From NCBI RefSeq assembly GCF_009914755.1, contig NC_060925.1: DNA of 64,000 bases. One strand, written 5' to 3'. Below are positions 18,045-41,284 of this stretch, piece by piece. Made by a program: the position numbers and the translations under genes. Source of the DNA: the human T2T-CHM13v2.0 reference genome, Homo sapiens. Each line of letters starts with the position of its first letter. The stretch's first letter is position 1. The notes under the pieces are model-generated. The model made no database searches. It saw only the letters and a program-made list of their open reading frames with translations, and was not told where the DNA came from.

Positions 18045-20240
18045 CTTTGTGGTTTTATCTACTTTTGGTCTTTGATGGTGGTGACGTACAGATGGGTTTT
18101 TGGTGTGGATGTCCTTTCTGTTTGTTAGTTTTCCTTCTAACAGACAGGACCCTCAGCTGCAGGTCTGTTGGAGTTTGCTAGAGGTCCACTCCAGACCCTC
18201 TTTGCCTGGGTGTCAGCAGCAGTGGCTGCAGAAGAGCGGTAGCTGTAGAACAGCGGATTTTGGCCACCCACAAATGCTGCTGCCTGATCGTTCCTCTGGA
18301 AGTTCTGTTTCAGAGGAGTACCCGGCCGTGTGAGGTGTCAGTCTGTCCCTACTGGGGGGTGCCTCCCAGTTAGGCTGCTCAGGGGTCAGGGACCCACTTG
18401 AGGAGGCAGTCTGCCCGTTCTCAGATCTCCAGCTGCGTGCTGGGAGAACCACTACTCTCCTCAAAGCTGTCAGACAGGGACATTTAAGTCTGCAGAGGTT
18501 ACTGCTGTCTTTTTGTTTGTCTGTGCCCTGCCCCCAGAGGTGGAGCCTACAGAGGCAGGCAGGCCTCCTTGAGCTGTGGTGGGCTCTACCCAGTTCGAGC
18601 TTCCCGCCTGCTTTGTTTACCTAATCAAGCCTGGGCAATGGCAGGCGCCCCTCCCCAAGCCTGGCTGCCGCCTTGCAGTTTGATGTCAGACCGCTGTGCT
18701 AGCAATCAGTGAGACTCTGTGGGCGTAGAACCCTCTGAGCCAGGTGTGGGATATAATCTCCTGGTGTGCCGTTTTTTAAGCCCGTTGGAAAAGCGCAGTA
18801 TTAGGGTGGGAGTGACCCGATTTTCCAGGTGCCATCTGTCACCCCTTTCTTTGACTAGGAAAGGGAACTCCCCGACCCCTTGTGCTTCCCGAGTGAGGCA
18901 GTGCCTCGCCCTGCTTTGGCTTGCGCACGGTGCGCTGCACCCACTGTCCTGCACCCACTGTCTGGCACTCCCTAGTGAGATGAACCTGGTACCTCAGATG
19001 GAAATGCAGAAATCACCCGTCTTCTGCGTTGCTCACGATGGGAGCTGTAGACCAGAGCTCTTCCTATTCGGCCATCTTGGCTCCTGTGTTATGCCCATTT
19101 TCTAGAAGAAGAAACAGGCCTGGAGCAGTTAGGGGAGTTGCTCCTCTAAGCTTCAGGTCCCACAGATGGTCTGGGATTCAAACCTAGATCTGTCTAATAA
19201 TGCAGTTGGTGCTGGTTTTCCTGCACTTGGCCATCTGAACAGCCTCTTGCCACATGGCAGTCTTCTTGGGAAGTCTGGGGAACACCAGGTGAAAACACTT
19301 TTTTCGGATCCTGGACGGTTTCTCTGTTTCTAGGCTCCTTTAGCTCTGGGAGGCAACAGAGGGTGATGGGTTAATACCTCCTCCCCCATCCCAAGAAATT
19401 AACTTTTCTGGGTAACTTTTGCCCTTGACAAGTCACACCCAAAAAGGGTCTCACCTTTTCTCTCTTTTGTGAGGGAAAATTGTTGCTTTCCTATTCTGTT
19501 AACAGCTATGAGAGATGATTTTCTGAGGCCAGGAACTTAAGGGAATGACATAGGCTGTCTAAAAATAGGGCAGTCTGGGGCCCAGACAATGTTAGGGTCA
19601 TGGACACATTCAGGTAAGAGAGATTTAAGGGAACATCTTAAGAACCCTCAAATCCATAAGTACATTGGGCCTTATCTGTTGACTAAATCAATAAAAGTAT
19701 AGCTACTGGTATGTAGAGAGGGGACTCCACTGAGATTAAAGAAAGCTACTTTTACTGAAAAATATAAGAAGCTATGGACAGTCCAAACTCTTTGCTTAAC
19801 CCTTGAGAAAACAGGGACCCAAAGAGTGGAATGACTTGCTGGAGTTCACCCAGCCAACTGGTGCAACTGACCAAAGCCTACAGCTGTCGGTCCTAGTGCA
19901 CTTTGCTACTGTGAAGTGGTGTGCCTGCAGCTGTGCTGGGTGCCTTGGAATGTACTGAGAGACATGTGTGTGCAAAAAAGATGGTGAGCATAGCTTTATT
20001 TTGCAGTTTGTTTAGAAAGAGAGTCAGGAGAGCTTGGACCTTAATTCTCAAATTCTGATTCCCAGCTCCAGGTTGCTGTGTGAATGTCCACTCACATTCA
20101 AACAATCTGGCTCAGTGATGGATATAGGCTTGCTGCTGTTTTCATGCCAAATGTCCCAGCCCTTCCTGCCTCCCTGCCTTTGGTCTCCCTCAGGCCCAGA
20201 AGAAGCTGCGAGGGAGGCACATGACAAGCTTGAAGATGCT

Positions 20241-20246
20241 TTTATT
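20241..20246 (-). terminator. EPS8L3: EPS8L3 poly(A) signal
   Basis: tttatt = AATAAA about 290 nt after the stop codon. Confidence 0.85.
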
Positions 20247-20534
20247 GAGAAGGAGAGGGACTGAACAGATTCTTGACAAGCCTAGGCATAAATGCTCCAG
20301 GTTTGGGAAAGAGGTAAAATAAATAGGTGGTTACTGGGGAGGCTCCAACACAGCCAGAAGGGACACTGTTTGCTTCACCCTCTGGGCCTGTCCATTGTTT
20401 TTGCTGTGTGAGCTGGGGTGTGGGGTTTGCTGCAAACTGGGATCCAGAAGAGGAATTCTCGGGGCTCTAATGGGTATCAGATCTGCCATCTTGCATCAGC
20501 GGGGCCTGGTTCTTGGAGGTGTCTAAGCTGGTGC

Positions 20535-31890
<11,356 letters not shown>

Positions 31891-33958
31891 GTTGACGCTG
31901 CTGAGGACGGCTCCCTAGAACCCAAAGTGAACCAGAGGCAGCCATCAGAGCTGGGGAAAGGTGTACCAGGCACAGCAGGGCAGGACAGTTGCTATTGCTC
32001 TGACTGGGGGCCTCTGGGACCAGACCCAAAGCCCCTGGCTCCAGGGGCCCTTTCCAGAGCCATCTGCAGCCAGCGTCCTCCACTGAGGAGCCCTCCATCC
32101 TGGCTGGGCCTGGAGGCCCCGGGCTGAGGGAAGGGAGGGTCAGGGAGGCCACAGCATGGCTGGGCCTCAGGGAAGGCTCCAGGCCTCCCATGGTTTGGCT
32201 GATAAAGCTCATGCCAAGGAGCCCAGGAAACCTGGATGGACAGGGACCTGCGTTCAGATCCTATCTTGGGCCTGGGTATGAAAGATGCTGGATGAGCAGA
32301 GGGTTCTGTAGCCGACCCCGCCAGAGGAGGCCCTCTTGTTCGACCCTGTTTCAGTTCTGCAAACTGAGAGGACGCTGATGCTGGCTCTTCAGCTGTAGAC
32401 CCTCTGGGAAGACTGCATGCATGTGTGTGTGTACTTATGGTGGCACTGCAGGACTCGCCAGTGAGCTGACCTCCCCCAAGTGTCTCCCTAGGCCTCCTGG
32501 CTCTTTGCTTTTTGTACTCTGTATCCTCTGCCCAGGTCCCCTCCTGACCCCAACCCTTTAAATTCTAGCTCAAAGATCACCCTCTTGGTGAAGCCCTCCT
32601 GGACCATCCAACCCCACCCTGCCCAGGGTACCCTCCTAATGCTGCACTGGACCTTGTACATTTATCTCCAGCAACAATAGTCACAATAGCCACCACGGTG
32701 CTGTGATCCTGGTGCTGAGCCCCTTACCAACATCCTATCAGTTTCTCCTCACTGCCGTCCACTTGTACTTGGCGCCACGTGCCTAGCACTGTTCTAACGG
32801 CGTTACCTTCAGTCACTCTAATCCTCAAAACAACCTCACAAGGCAGGTACTGGTATTGTCCCCATTTACCATATGAGGACTCTGAGGCTCAAAGACGGTA
32901 ACAGGCCTGAGGTCACAAATGAACGTTTAATAGAGAGCAACCCAGATCTGTCCGATTGCAAGCTTCGTGTTTTAATGGTTTATAAACATGCCTCTGCCGC
33001 TGGGCTGTGCGCAGTCACAGAGGGAGTCTAGAGAACATACATGTTGAAATGGAGTGGAATTAAATGTGGTGTGTGTGTCCCGGGTGGGGGTGGTGTTAGT
33101 CTGTGCGGGTCAAGGGTATGTGTTATCCAAATGAGGTTTGTGGGTATCCACATGTCTACATGGTACACCTCAGTTGTGCAGAAATACTGGACTACCCCGG
33201 GTAACATGTGAGAGAGCAACCCATACCCTTGTTTATTAGGACTGTTGTGAAAATGACGTAGGATCTGATAAGATGACTCAGTGTGGAAGGAAATAAACTG
33301 CCAGTGAACAATTAAGGGAATGTGGAAGGGACGGCTGGATCTCTGGTTTCCTTGTTTGGGAGGACCCCTTTTCTCTCCAGGGGTAAGGCGGGGCTAGAAG
33401 CCTGTTCCCCTTCCCCAGCCTCCCCCAACCCCCATTGTAACACTTCCTGCTTCTCCATGCTCTCCATGCAGAAGAGGAAGTGAGGTCTGCCCCTGGTCAG
33501 CCCCACTCCCCACTCCCTCAACACCAGGGTGGGCCCTGTGGGGCCCTCTAGGTAGGTAGGTCAAGGTGGGGAAACAGCTGCAGCCAAAGATTCCCTACCC
33601 CAGGGAGGGAAGAGGGAGCTGGCTTGGCCTGCCTTGCCCCTTAGGGGTAGGGGAGCTGTGACAGCCCATTTCCCCCCTTTAAGCCCTAGATGTAGGGGTT
33701 TGGAGCAGGGAAGGCCATCACCTCATAGACCCTGGGGCAAGCATCCCAGAGGCCCTTCCGGAGCCTGGACCTCGCTCTGCTTTCCAGCCCACCAGCCAGC
33801 TGCTGAGTCCCAAGCCCCTCCTTGGGCTTGATCCCCTGGGCTGCAGCTGGGAACAGGCTGGAGACCTGGCCTGGGAAGCCACTGAGTTGCCCCCACCTGC
33901 CCTGAGATCCCCTGTGACTGGGCTGGGCCCCGATCTTCCCTGGGGGCCAGGCCCTTAC

Positions 33959-34065
33959 CTGGGTGCCAGTGAAGGCCGGGTGCCTGGTCCCCCCAGGAGG
34001 CTGGTCTTGGAGCAGGTGGTCCGGTGCTGGTGGTGGAAGGACAGCAGCTTCTCTGCTAGTGGCCA
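33959..34065 (-). other. EPS8L3: EPS8L3 non-coding exon 1 (5' UTR)
   Basis: Strong donor CCCAG|GTAAGG at 33959/33958; sequence matches my recollection of the EPS8L3 5' UTR. TSS approximate. Confidence 0.75.
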
Positions 34066-34200
34066 CAGGCAGAGCCTGCCTTTGATGAGGTTACAGAGGC
34101 AGCCACGCCTGTGCTCTTTGGACTCTGGTGGGTGGGGAGGCTTCCTGGTCACTAACCGCTCAACATCAACCTGGACCTGCGGCAGTGTCTGTGCTGACTG
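34066..34200 (-). promoter_or_regulatory. EPS8L3: EPS8L3 proximal promoter with TCF/LEF and HNF4-like motifs
   Basis: CCTTTGATG at 34079-34087; DR1-like AGTCCAAAGAGCA on the minus strand at 34112-34124; no CpG island. Confidence 0.5.
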
Positions 34201-36752
34201 GCGTCCCCAGCTTAGCTAGAGGCCCCTGCTTCCCTGTTTCCCCCACTGCTAGCCTTGGGGTGTGGCCCCCTCTTCCCTCTGCCTTTTAGGTGCCTACTCT
34301 GGGGAACAGGTCAGCATCAGGCACGGGGCTGGGACCAGAAGAAGAGAGCACACATGGCCCAGAGTCTGGGTTCTGTGGTGAGGGCACAGGTCGGCTGGAG
34401 GTGGACTCCAGGCTTGGGGGAAGCTGTGGGCTGGCGTGTGTGCCATGCCTGTGCGTGGGTGGCACCCATAGGTGTGTGATCCTGTGTACCTGGGTGGTGC
34501 CTGTGAGCAGGACATGGATCTTGTCACAGAAGATGGGGACTGAGGCCCCTGGGGCATTACATGGAGCGCTGAGATTCCCTCTGGCAGGGCCCTCATTCTG
34601 TCCCTACTGTTGTCCCTTCCAGCAGGAGCCCCCTTACCAGCCCTTTCTCGCTCTTCCACTCTCTTTCCTTCTGTACCCCATCTTGTGCCCAGACCCCTGG
34701 TGGACGCCTGGCCAGCTTCAGCAAAGATGGAAAACGGAGGCCTGCATCTATCTCTAGTCATAAACCTACCCACTTCCTGCACTCCATGGTATCGAAAAAT
34801 CTTTCTTGGCACTCAGAGTGGGCCAGGCTCCCCTGCCCTCTGGGAACTCACAGTCTAACCAACAAGGCCAGGTATAAACAGAAACCAGGGAGCAGGGCAG
34901 GAGGGGAGGCGGGGGCGGGGGAGTGCCAGTGAGCCTCGGACCCTCGTGGGCAGAATGCAGGGTCCCGGTGCTGGGCCCTGTGATGGAGTGTCCTGTGGAG
35001 TCTGAGGGCTGGAGCACTCCCATCTTTAGCTTCCCTGGAACTATCCCAGGATATCTCAGCCTTCTCTCCCATCACCACCCAACCAACGCTGCCCTGGATG
35101 GCCTGGAGTCCATGCGTCAGATCCTAGGGAGGTGCCTTCCCTGTCTGGGCTGTGTGTGTCCCTGGGAGAGTCCAGTGGACAGCCAGCTGCTGGGGCCCAG
35201 GGATCAGGTGCCTGTGAGGCCAGCACCCAGCCACAGCCCCATGGGAAGCAGTCCTGGGGTTCTTTCCCCTGGGTCCCCATCTTGTGGCCCTTCAGCTTCT
35301 TTTGGGATAGCACAGCCTGTCCCCTCGTTGCCTCCCCCAACTCCGTGAAGGCCACAGTCATATTTCACCCCAGCCCTGGCTTGGGGCTCAGGCAACACCT
35401 CATTTCTGCCCAGCTCAGGCCAGGCCCGTCCTTCCCATAGGACCCTCCCCAAGTCAGTGTGAGCACAGCAGGGACTCCTGGGGGGGCTCTGGGGCAAGGT
35501 GGGCAGGGGCAGAGAAACAATGAGTGGCATTCCCAGCACCTTGCCCTCTGCAGTGCCCTTTAGGGGTGCCCCTGGGAGCAGTGTGTGTCTCCTCAGACAT
35601 AAAGCCTTTGTGGCCTTGGTGGGTCTGGGGCTTGGGGCCAGGTATTGGGGACATCTGCTTCTGTGGAGCCCCCTGAGGGAAGAGGGAAATCAGGAAAGAG
35701 GGAGAGGCCAAGCTTCCCATACCTGGGGACTTGGGGCCATAACTGAAGCTTCTGCACAAAGCTCCGGGTGCCACAGCAGCTCTTCTGCAAGGGAGTTCGG
35801 CTGAGGCACCAGGAGCTGGGACTTAGGTTGGAGGGGAAGGAAGCAGGACTCGAAGGGCATGTCCTTGAAATTGTGGGGTTAAAAGGCTGTGGGACCACAT
35901 TCGTTCATTCATTCCACAACTTCCTGTAGAATTGAGGGCTTCCTGCCTGCTAGGCACTGTGAGAGGTGCTAGGATCCCTCTGGAGGGCTTACAGACACCT
36001 TGGAATTCAAGCTGAGTTCATTATTTCTCAGCAAACCATCTCCCCTCTCATGCTCCCATCTCAGGGAAGGCATCAGCTCCCAATCGTGTGTTCCAGCAGG
36101 GAGGGGAGTCCTCCCTCAATCCTCACACCCAATGGACTACCCTTCCTGCAGTCCCAGCTCTGTGGCAAGTCCTAAGTGGCCCCCTTCCTCTCCACCCCAC
36201 TGCGACTGTCTTCCTCAGACCCCATTACACCTCCTGTCTTCGACCCTGCGGCCGTCTCCTCACCCACGCCCTCGCTTCACTCTTGTTCTCATTGATCCTT
36301 ACTGGTTGCTGGTAGGGAAGCTTTCTTAGCTGGAGATTTGATTGTCCACTCCTCTGCCTAAAACCCCTCAGTGACTTCCCGCTGCTCACGGGACAAAACC
36401 TAAACTCCTTCTCAGGGCAGTTGAAGTCCTTGATGAACTCAAGTCTCCTGCTTCTGAGTCTGGCCTTATCTTCCCCCCAACTCCCTGCCCCTTGTACTTT
36501 ATACTCGGCTTGGGGCATGGCTTGTAATTCCTTGAAGGGTCACACCCTGGTACCAGGCTGGCTGCTGTTCTCTGTCTGGCATGCCCTGTGGACACGCTAT
36601 GGCTTTATGTCTCCAGTAGCCCTCCTTCAGAAGCCTTCCCACTGCCCAGGGCTGGTGGGGCTCTGGCCCGTGGCTTCCAGACACGTTGTACATGTGTCCC
36701 TCTGTTACTGCATGTATCACATTGAGGGGGATACCCCCATGACTGGGGTCCC

Positions 36753-37751
36753 TGTGGGGAAAAGAAAGAGAGATCAGACTGTTACTGTGTCTATGCAGAA
36801 AAGGAAGACAAAAGAAACTCCATTTTGATCTGTACAAAGAAAAATTGTTCTGCTTTGAGATGCTGTTAATCTGTAACTTTAGCCCCCAACCCTGTGCTCA
36901 CAGAAACATGTGCTATATTGAATCAAGGTTTAAGGGATCTAGGGCTGTGCAGGATGTGCCTTGTTAACAATATGTTTGCAGACAGTATGCTTGGTAAAAG
37001 TCATCGCCATTCTCCATTCTCTGTTAACCAGGGACACGATGCTCTGTGGAAAGCCGCAGGGACCTCTGCCCAAGAGAGCGTGGGTATAGTCCAAGGCTTC
37101 CCCCCACTGAGACAGCCTGAGATATGGCCTCATGGGAAGGGAAAGACCTGACCATCCCTCAGCCCGACGCCCGTAAAGGGTCTGTGCTGAGGAGGATTAG
37201 TAAAAGAGGAAGGCCTCTTTGCAGTTGAGATGAGGAAGGCCTCTGTTTCCCGCATGTCCCTGGGAACAGAATGTCTCGGTGTAAAGCCGACTGTTCGTTC
37301 TATTCTGAGATAGGAGAAAACCGCCCTGTGGCTGGAGGCGAGATATGCTGGCAGCAATACTGCTCTGTTACTCTTTGCTACGCTGAGATATTTGGGCAAA
37401 GAGAAACATAAATCTAGCCTACGTGCACATCCGGGCACAGTACCCTCCCTTGAACTTATTTATGAACAGATTCTTTTACTCACATGTTTTCCTGCTGACC
37501 TTCTCCCCATCATCATCCTGTTCACCCTGTTCTCCTGCCACACTCCCTTTGCCGAGATAATGAAAATAGTAATCAATACATACTGAGGAAACTCAGAGAC
37601 CAGCACCGGTGCAGGTCTTCGCATACTGAGTGTGCTGGTCCCCTGGGCCCACTGTTCTTTCTCTATACTTTGTCTCTGTGTCTTCTTTTCTCAGTCTCTC
37701 GTCCTACCTGACGAGAAATACCCACAGGTGTGGAGGGGCAGGCCCCCTTCA
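36753..37751 (+). mobile_element. HERV-K (HML-2) solo LTR, LTR5B-like
   Basis: tgtggggaaaagaaagagagatcagactgttactgtg...gtggaggggcaggcccccttca, 999 bp, with a perfect 6-bp TSD ggtccc (36747-36752 and 37752-37757). Confidence 0.93.
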
Positions 37752-37882
37752 GGTCCCTGAGGACCCAGATTGTTTTCTGCCACTGTCTAGAGGAGAGAAG
37801 GGCTTGTAAACAAAAGCACTGTAGTATGCAGGCATAAAGAACCTTACTCGGCTTGGGGGTGTCAGGGAGGACTTCTCAGATG

Positions 37883-38663
37883 AGGAAATGCAAGGGCTGG
37901 CCCTTCAATGACACACAGGAGTTCAGCCAAGAGGTGAAGTGGGCAGGGAATTGCAGGCAGAGGGATTGCAGTCCTACTGGATGAAGCGGCCTGGGGAGAA
38001 GATGGGTATGGCGTGAACTGTGTGTGTGCACGCGTGTGTGTGCATGTGTATGTGTATGTGGCGGGGAGGTGGTGGCAGATGACAGCATATGTGTGCCGTC
38101 ATCACCTGGTGGTGAGTAGAGCCATTGAATGGTTTTGCATGGAGATGCAACAAGAAGGCTACTGGGTCTTCTGTCTTGTGGAAGACGCTGCCGCTTGCTG
38201 GTTCTCAGCATATAAAGAGACCCAGGTGCACAGGCTTTAGGCTAAGGGGCCAAGGAGCCCCTCCCACCACCCTGGCCTGGGCCAAGAAGCAGGGTGGGTT
38301 CCTTGGAAGCTCCAGAGCAGGCCCTGGTCAGAGCTGGGAAACTCTGGAGGGCTCTGAGGAAAAGAGCTCTGTGTTCATGGATGACCATGCAGGGGGTAGG
38401 GCAGGGCCCTGGCATTCAGAGGTGAATGGGTGCCGCCTCACCTTTAGAACCAGACCCCAGAGCAGGGTCCAGCCAGCACCTCTTGCTGGTGGACTGCATG
38501 GATGAGGCGCAGCCTCAATGTCAATCAGGGGCTGATTGACAACTCTTCTTCCCAGGCCGCTTCATCCAGTAGGACTGCAATCCCTCTGCCTGCAATTCCC
38601 TGCCCACTTCACCCCTTGGCTGAACTCCTGTGTGTCCTTTAAGGGCCAGCCCTTGCATTCCCT
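37883..38663. repeat. 120-bp inverted repeat (arms 37883-38002 and 38544-38663)
   Basis: Manual alignment gives 5 mismatches in 120 nt; the same peptide appears in opposite-strand ORFs of the track. Confidence 0.93.
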
Positions 38664-38789
38664 GAGTCATGGTGGTCCTGTCCAGGGGCTGACACCTGGC
38701 CCTGGGGCTGCTGGGGAATCACAGAGACAGCTCCCATCCCTGCCCCTGCTTTCCCCAGCCCTGGCACAGGGGTAAGTGGCTTCTACGAG

Positions 38790-39950
38790 CCAGGTGGAGA
38801 CATAAACAAGAGAGATGATGTCCCTCCCTCGCAACTAACCTGCCAAGGTAGAAGAAACAAATGTATCTGAAGATAATCAAGGTCCTGACAAGTGACAAGA
38901 GAGAAATAGAGTGAAGTGGATGATGGCATGGGGGTGGGAGGGTGTTTGGAAGCACGACGTCGGAGAAGGCTTCTCTGAGGAGGGGAGCTTCAAGCTAAGC
39001 CAGGGATGGGAAGGAGCCTGGGAGAGGGGGCCAGCAATGTGAAGGGCTTGCAGCTGAGAAGGAACGAGCTGGCGGAGAGGTGACCGAAATGGGGTGGACA
39101 GGGGCCAGAGCACACAGGGCTCCGTAGACCATGGCCAGGAGCCTGGTTTTTATTCCAAGGGCAGTTGGAAGACACGGAGGGGTTTTAAATGGAGGAGTGG
39201 CATGATTGGATTTATGTTCTAGTCACAACTCTGGCTGGGGTGGGGAGAATGGGCTGTGGGGGGAGTGGGGGCGGACTCAGGGAGACCACAAGCAGCTGCT
39301 GCAGAGAGGGTGGTGAGGCCTGGACATGGCAGGGCAGTGAGGATGGAGACTTAGGCTGCAGGTGGAACGGATGGGACATGCTATGGATTAGAATGGGGGT
39401 TGAGAGGGGAAAAAGGACCTATTAGGACTCAGGTTTTTGGCTTGGACAACTGGGAGGGTTATGGTGACATCTGGTGAGATGGGGAAACCGAAGAGAAGAG
39501 GGATTGGGAGGCAGGGGGATATGAAGAGTTACTGTTCCATTCTGGATGGCCTCAGTTTGAGAGGTGTTTTGGGCCTCTGGGTGGAAGTAGCAGGAAGGCA
39601 GGGGCAGGTGTGAGTCAGAAGCTCAGCAGAGCAGGATGACCACATGCAGGCATTCAGAAGCATGTGGAGAAAGATGATTCAATGATGCGGGGAACGTTTG
39701 CAGTGTAGAAGACAGTAGATACTTGGCAGCTGTAAATACACGAATAACATTCAGAGACCTAAGACTCACGAGACCACATGCGGGAAAGTGTATAGATAAA
39801 GAGAAGGGGGCTCACGACTCAACCCAGGCGCTCCAACATTAAGAGATTGGGAAGGATGAGGGGAGACTAAGGGGCTGCCAGTGAGCAGCAAGGAGAGCTG
39901 GGAAGAGAGTGTTTCAGGAAGGAGGGGTGGACACCTGGGCCAGGTGCTGC
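38790..39950 (-). mobile_element. L2 LINE relic
   Basis: Purine-rich stretch with typical L2 phrases such as gaaggcttctctgaggag and aggactcaggtttttggcttggacaactggg. Confidence 0.65.
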
Positions 39951-41284
39951 TGGGAGGTGGAGGAAAGGCTACCATCTGTGGGTTTGCAGTGGGGGCTGGA
40001 GCCAGCTGGGGACGGCTGAAGAGTGTGAGGGTGAGGAGGTGGGCTGTGAGTGAGTCGCCGAGTGTAGACAGTGGGCATGGGAGGCTTTGCTGGGGATGGG
40101 ATGGTGGGCCAGGGATGACATACCAGAAACTTGTTCAGATGTGTTCAGGGTGGAAGACTTGGCATAATGGCTAGTGGGAACACACTACTGCAGAGACAGA
40201 TGAGACAACAGAGATCCTGGGCGCATGGCAGGAGGGCGGTTTCTGTGGGAGGGCAGGGGAGAAGGTGGGCTTGTCTCTGGAGCCTCTGGTCACACCTGGG
40301 CTAGACTCTGCCATGCTGCCCACCCCTCCACCTGCCTGCCCTCCTCGATAAAGGCAGACGAAGGGCGAGTGCGTGATTTGAAGGCAGGGGGGTGATTTGT
40401 AGCCCCACAATTACAAGAGGCCCAGTGGCTTAAGTTTTCAGGAAAGAAGGCCAGGCCTAACGTGCTTCCAGAAGCTGCTCTGTCCGGGGATGGACTGGGG
40501 TTGGGATCTCAGACCCGCCCCCATTTTCCTAGCTCTCCTCGGTGCCTCCATTTGTTTAAACCCCAAATCTGAAGCCAGTGCTCAGGGCTATGAATTCTCC
40601 TGCCTTTTCCTCATTGCCCTGGCAGCTGATGTCGGTCCAGATGTTTCTCAGTTCCCGATTCTGGGCCTTGGTTCTGCACCTTCCCAGCCCTGGATCCCCT
40701 GGGTGACTCCTACACATGCCCCCTCCTTCTTTCCCTCTCTTCTGCATCCCATCCCATCCAGGTAGGCAGTCCCAGGAGCCTGGATTACCCTGGCCCCACT
40801 GCCCTGACAGCCCTGGAGGAAGGGACCTCAGGGACATCTGGAAAGCCCTTCTCCAGAGGCCAGCCTTGGACTGGGCTTAAGAACAGGCTTCTCAGGAGAG
40901 CTGGGCTGGAGAGGAGGAGAGGAATCCAGGGCCAGGCTGGGAGGTGGCTGCTGAGGAAAGAGCAGCCTCCGGGAAAGGCAAGCCCTAGGGGATCTCAGGG
41001 GAGGGGCTTGGTTGGGTCCAGCTCAGTCTATGCGGCAGGTGGGGAGAGACAGGGAGAGGCGGTCCCATCACCATGCAGGACCATGCCCTGGGCCCCCTTC
41101 CAGGAGCTGGCGGCACTGAGGCTTCTTCCTGGGCCAGGCCTGGCCAGCAGCCACGGGTATGGAGGGGAGAGGGCCTGACCAATGCTGCCCGCTCCCTCAG
41201 ACACTTCTGCTCCTGCCCCCACTTTAAACCACTGCCCAAGACCAACACAGTGCGGCCATTCAGATCCATGTGGTGAAGGGATAT

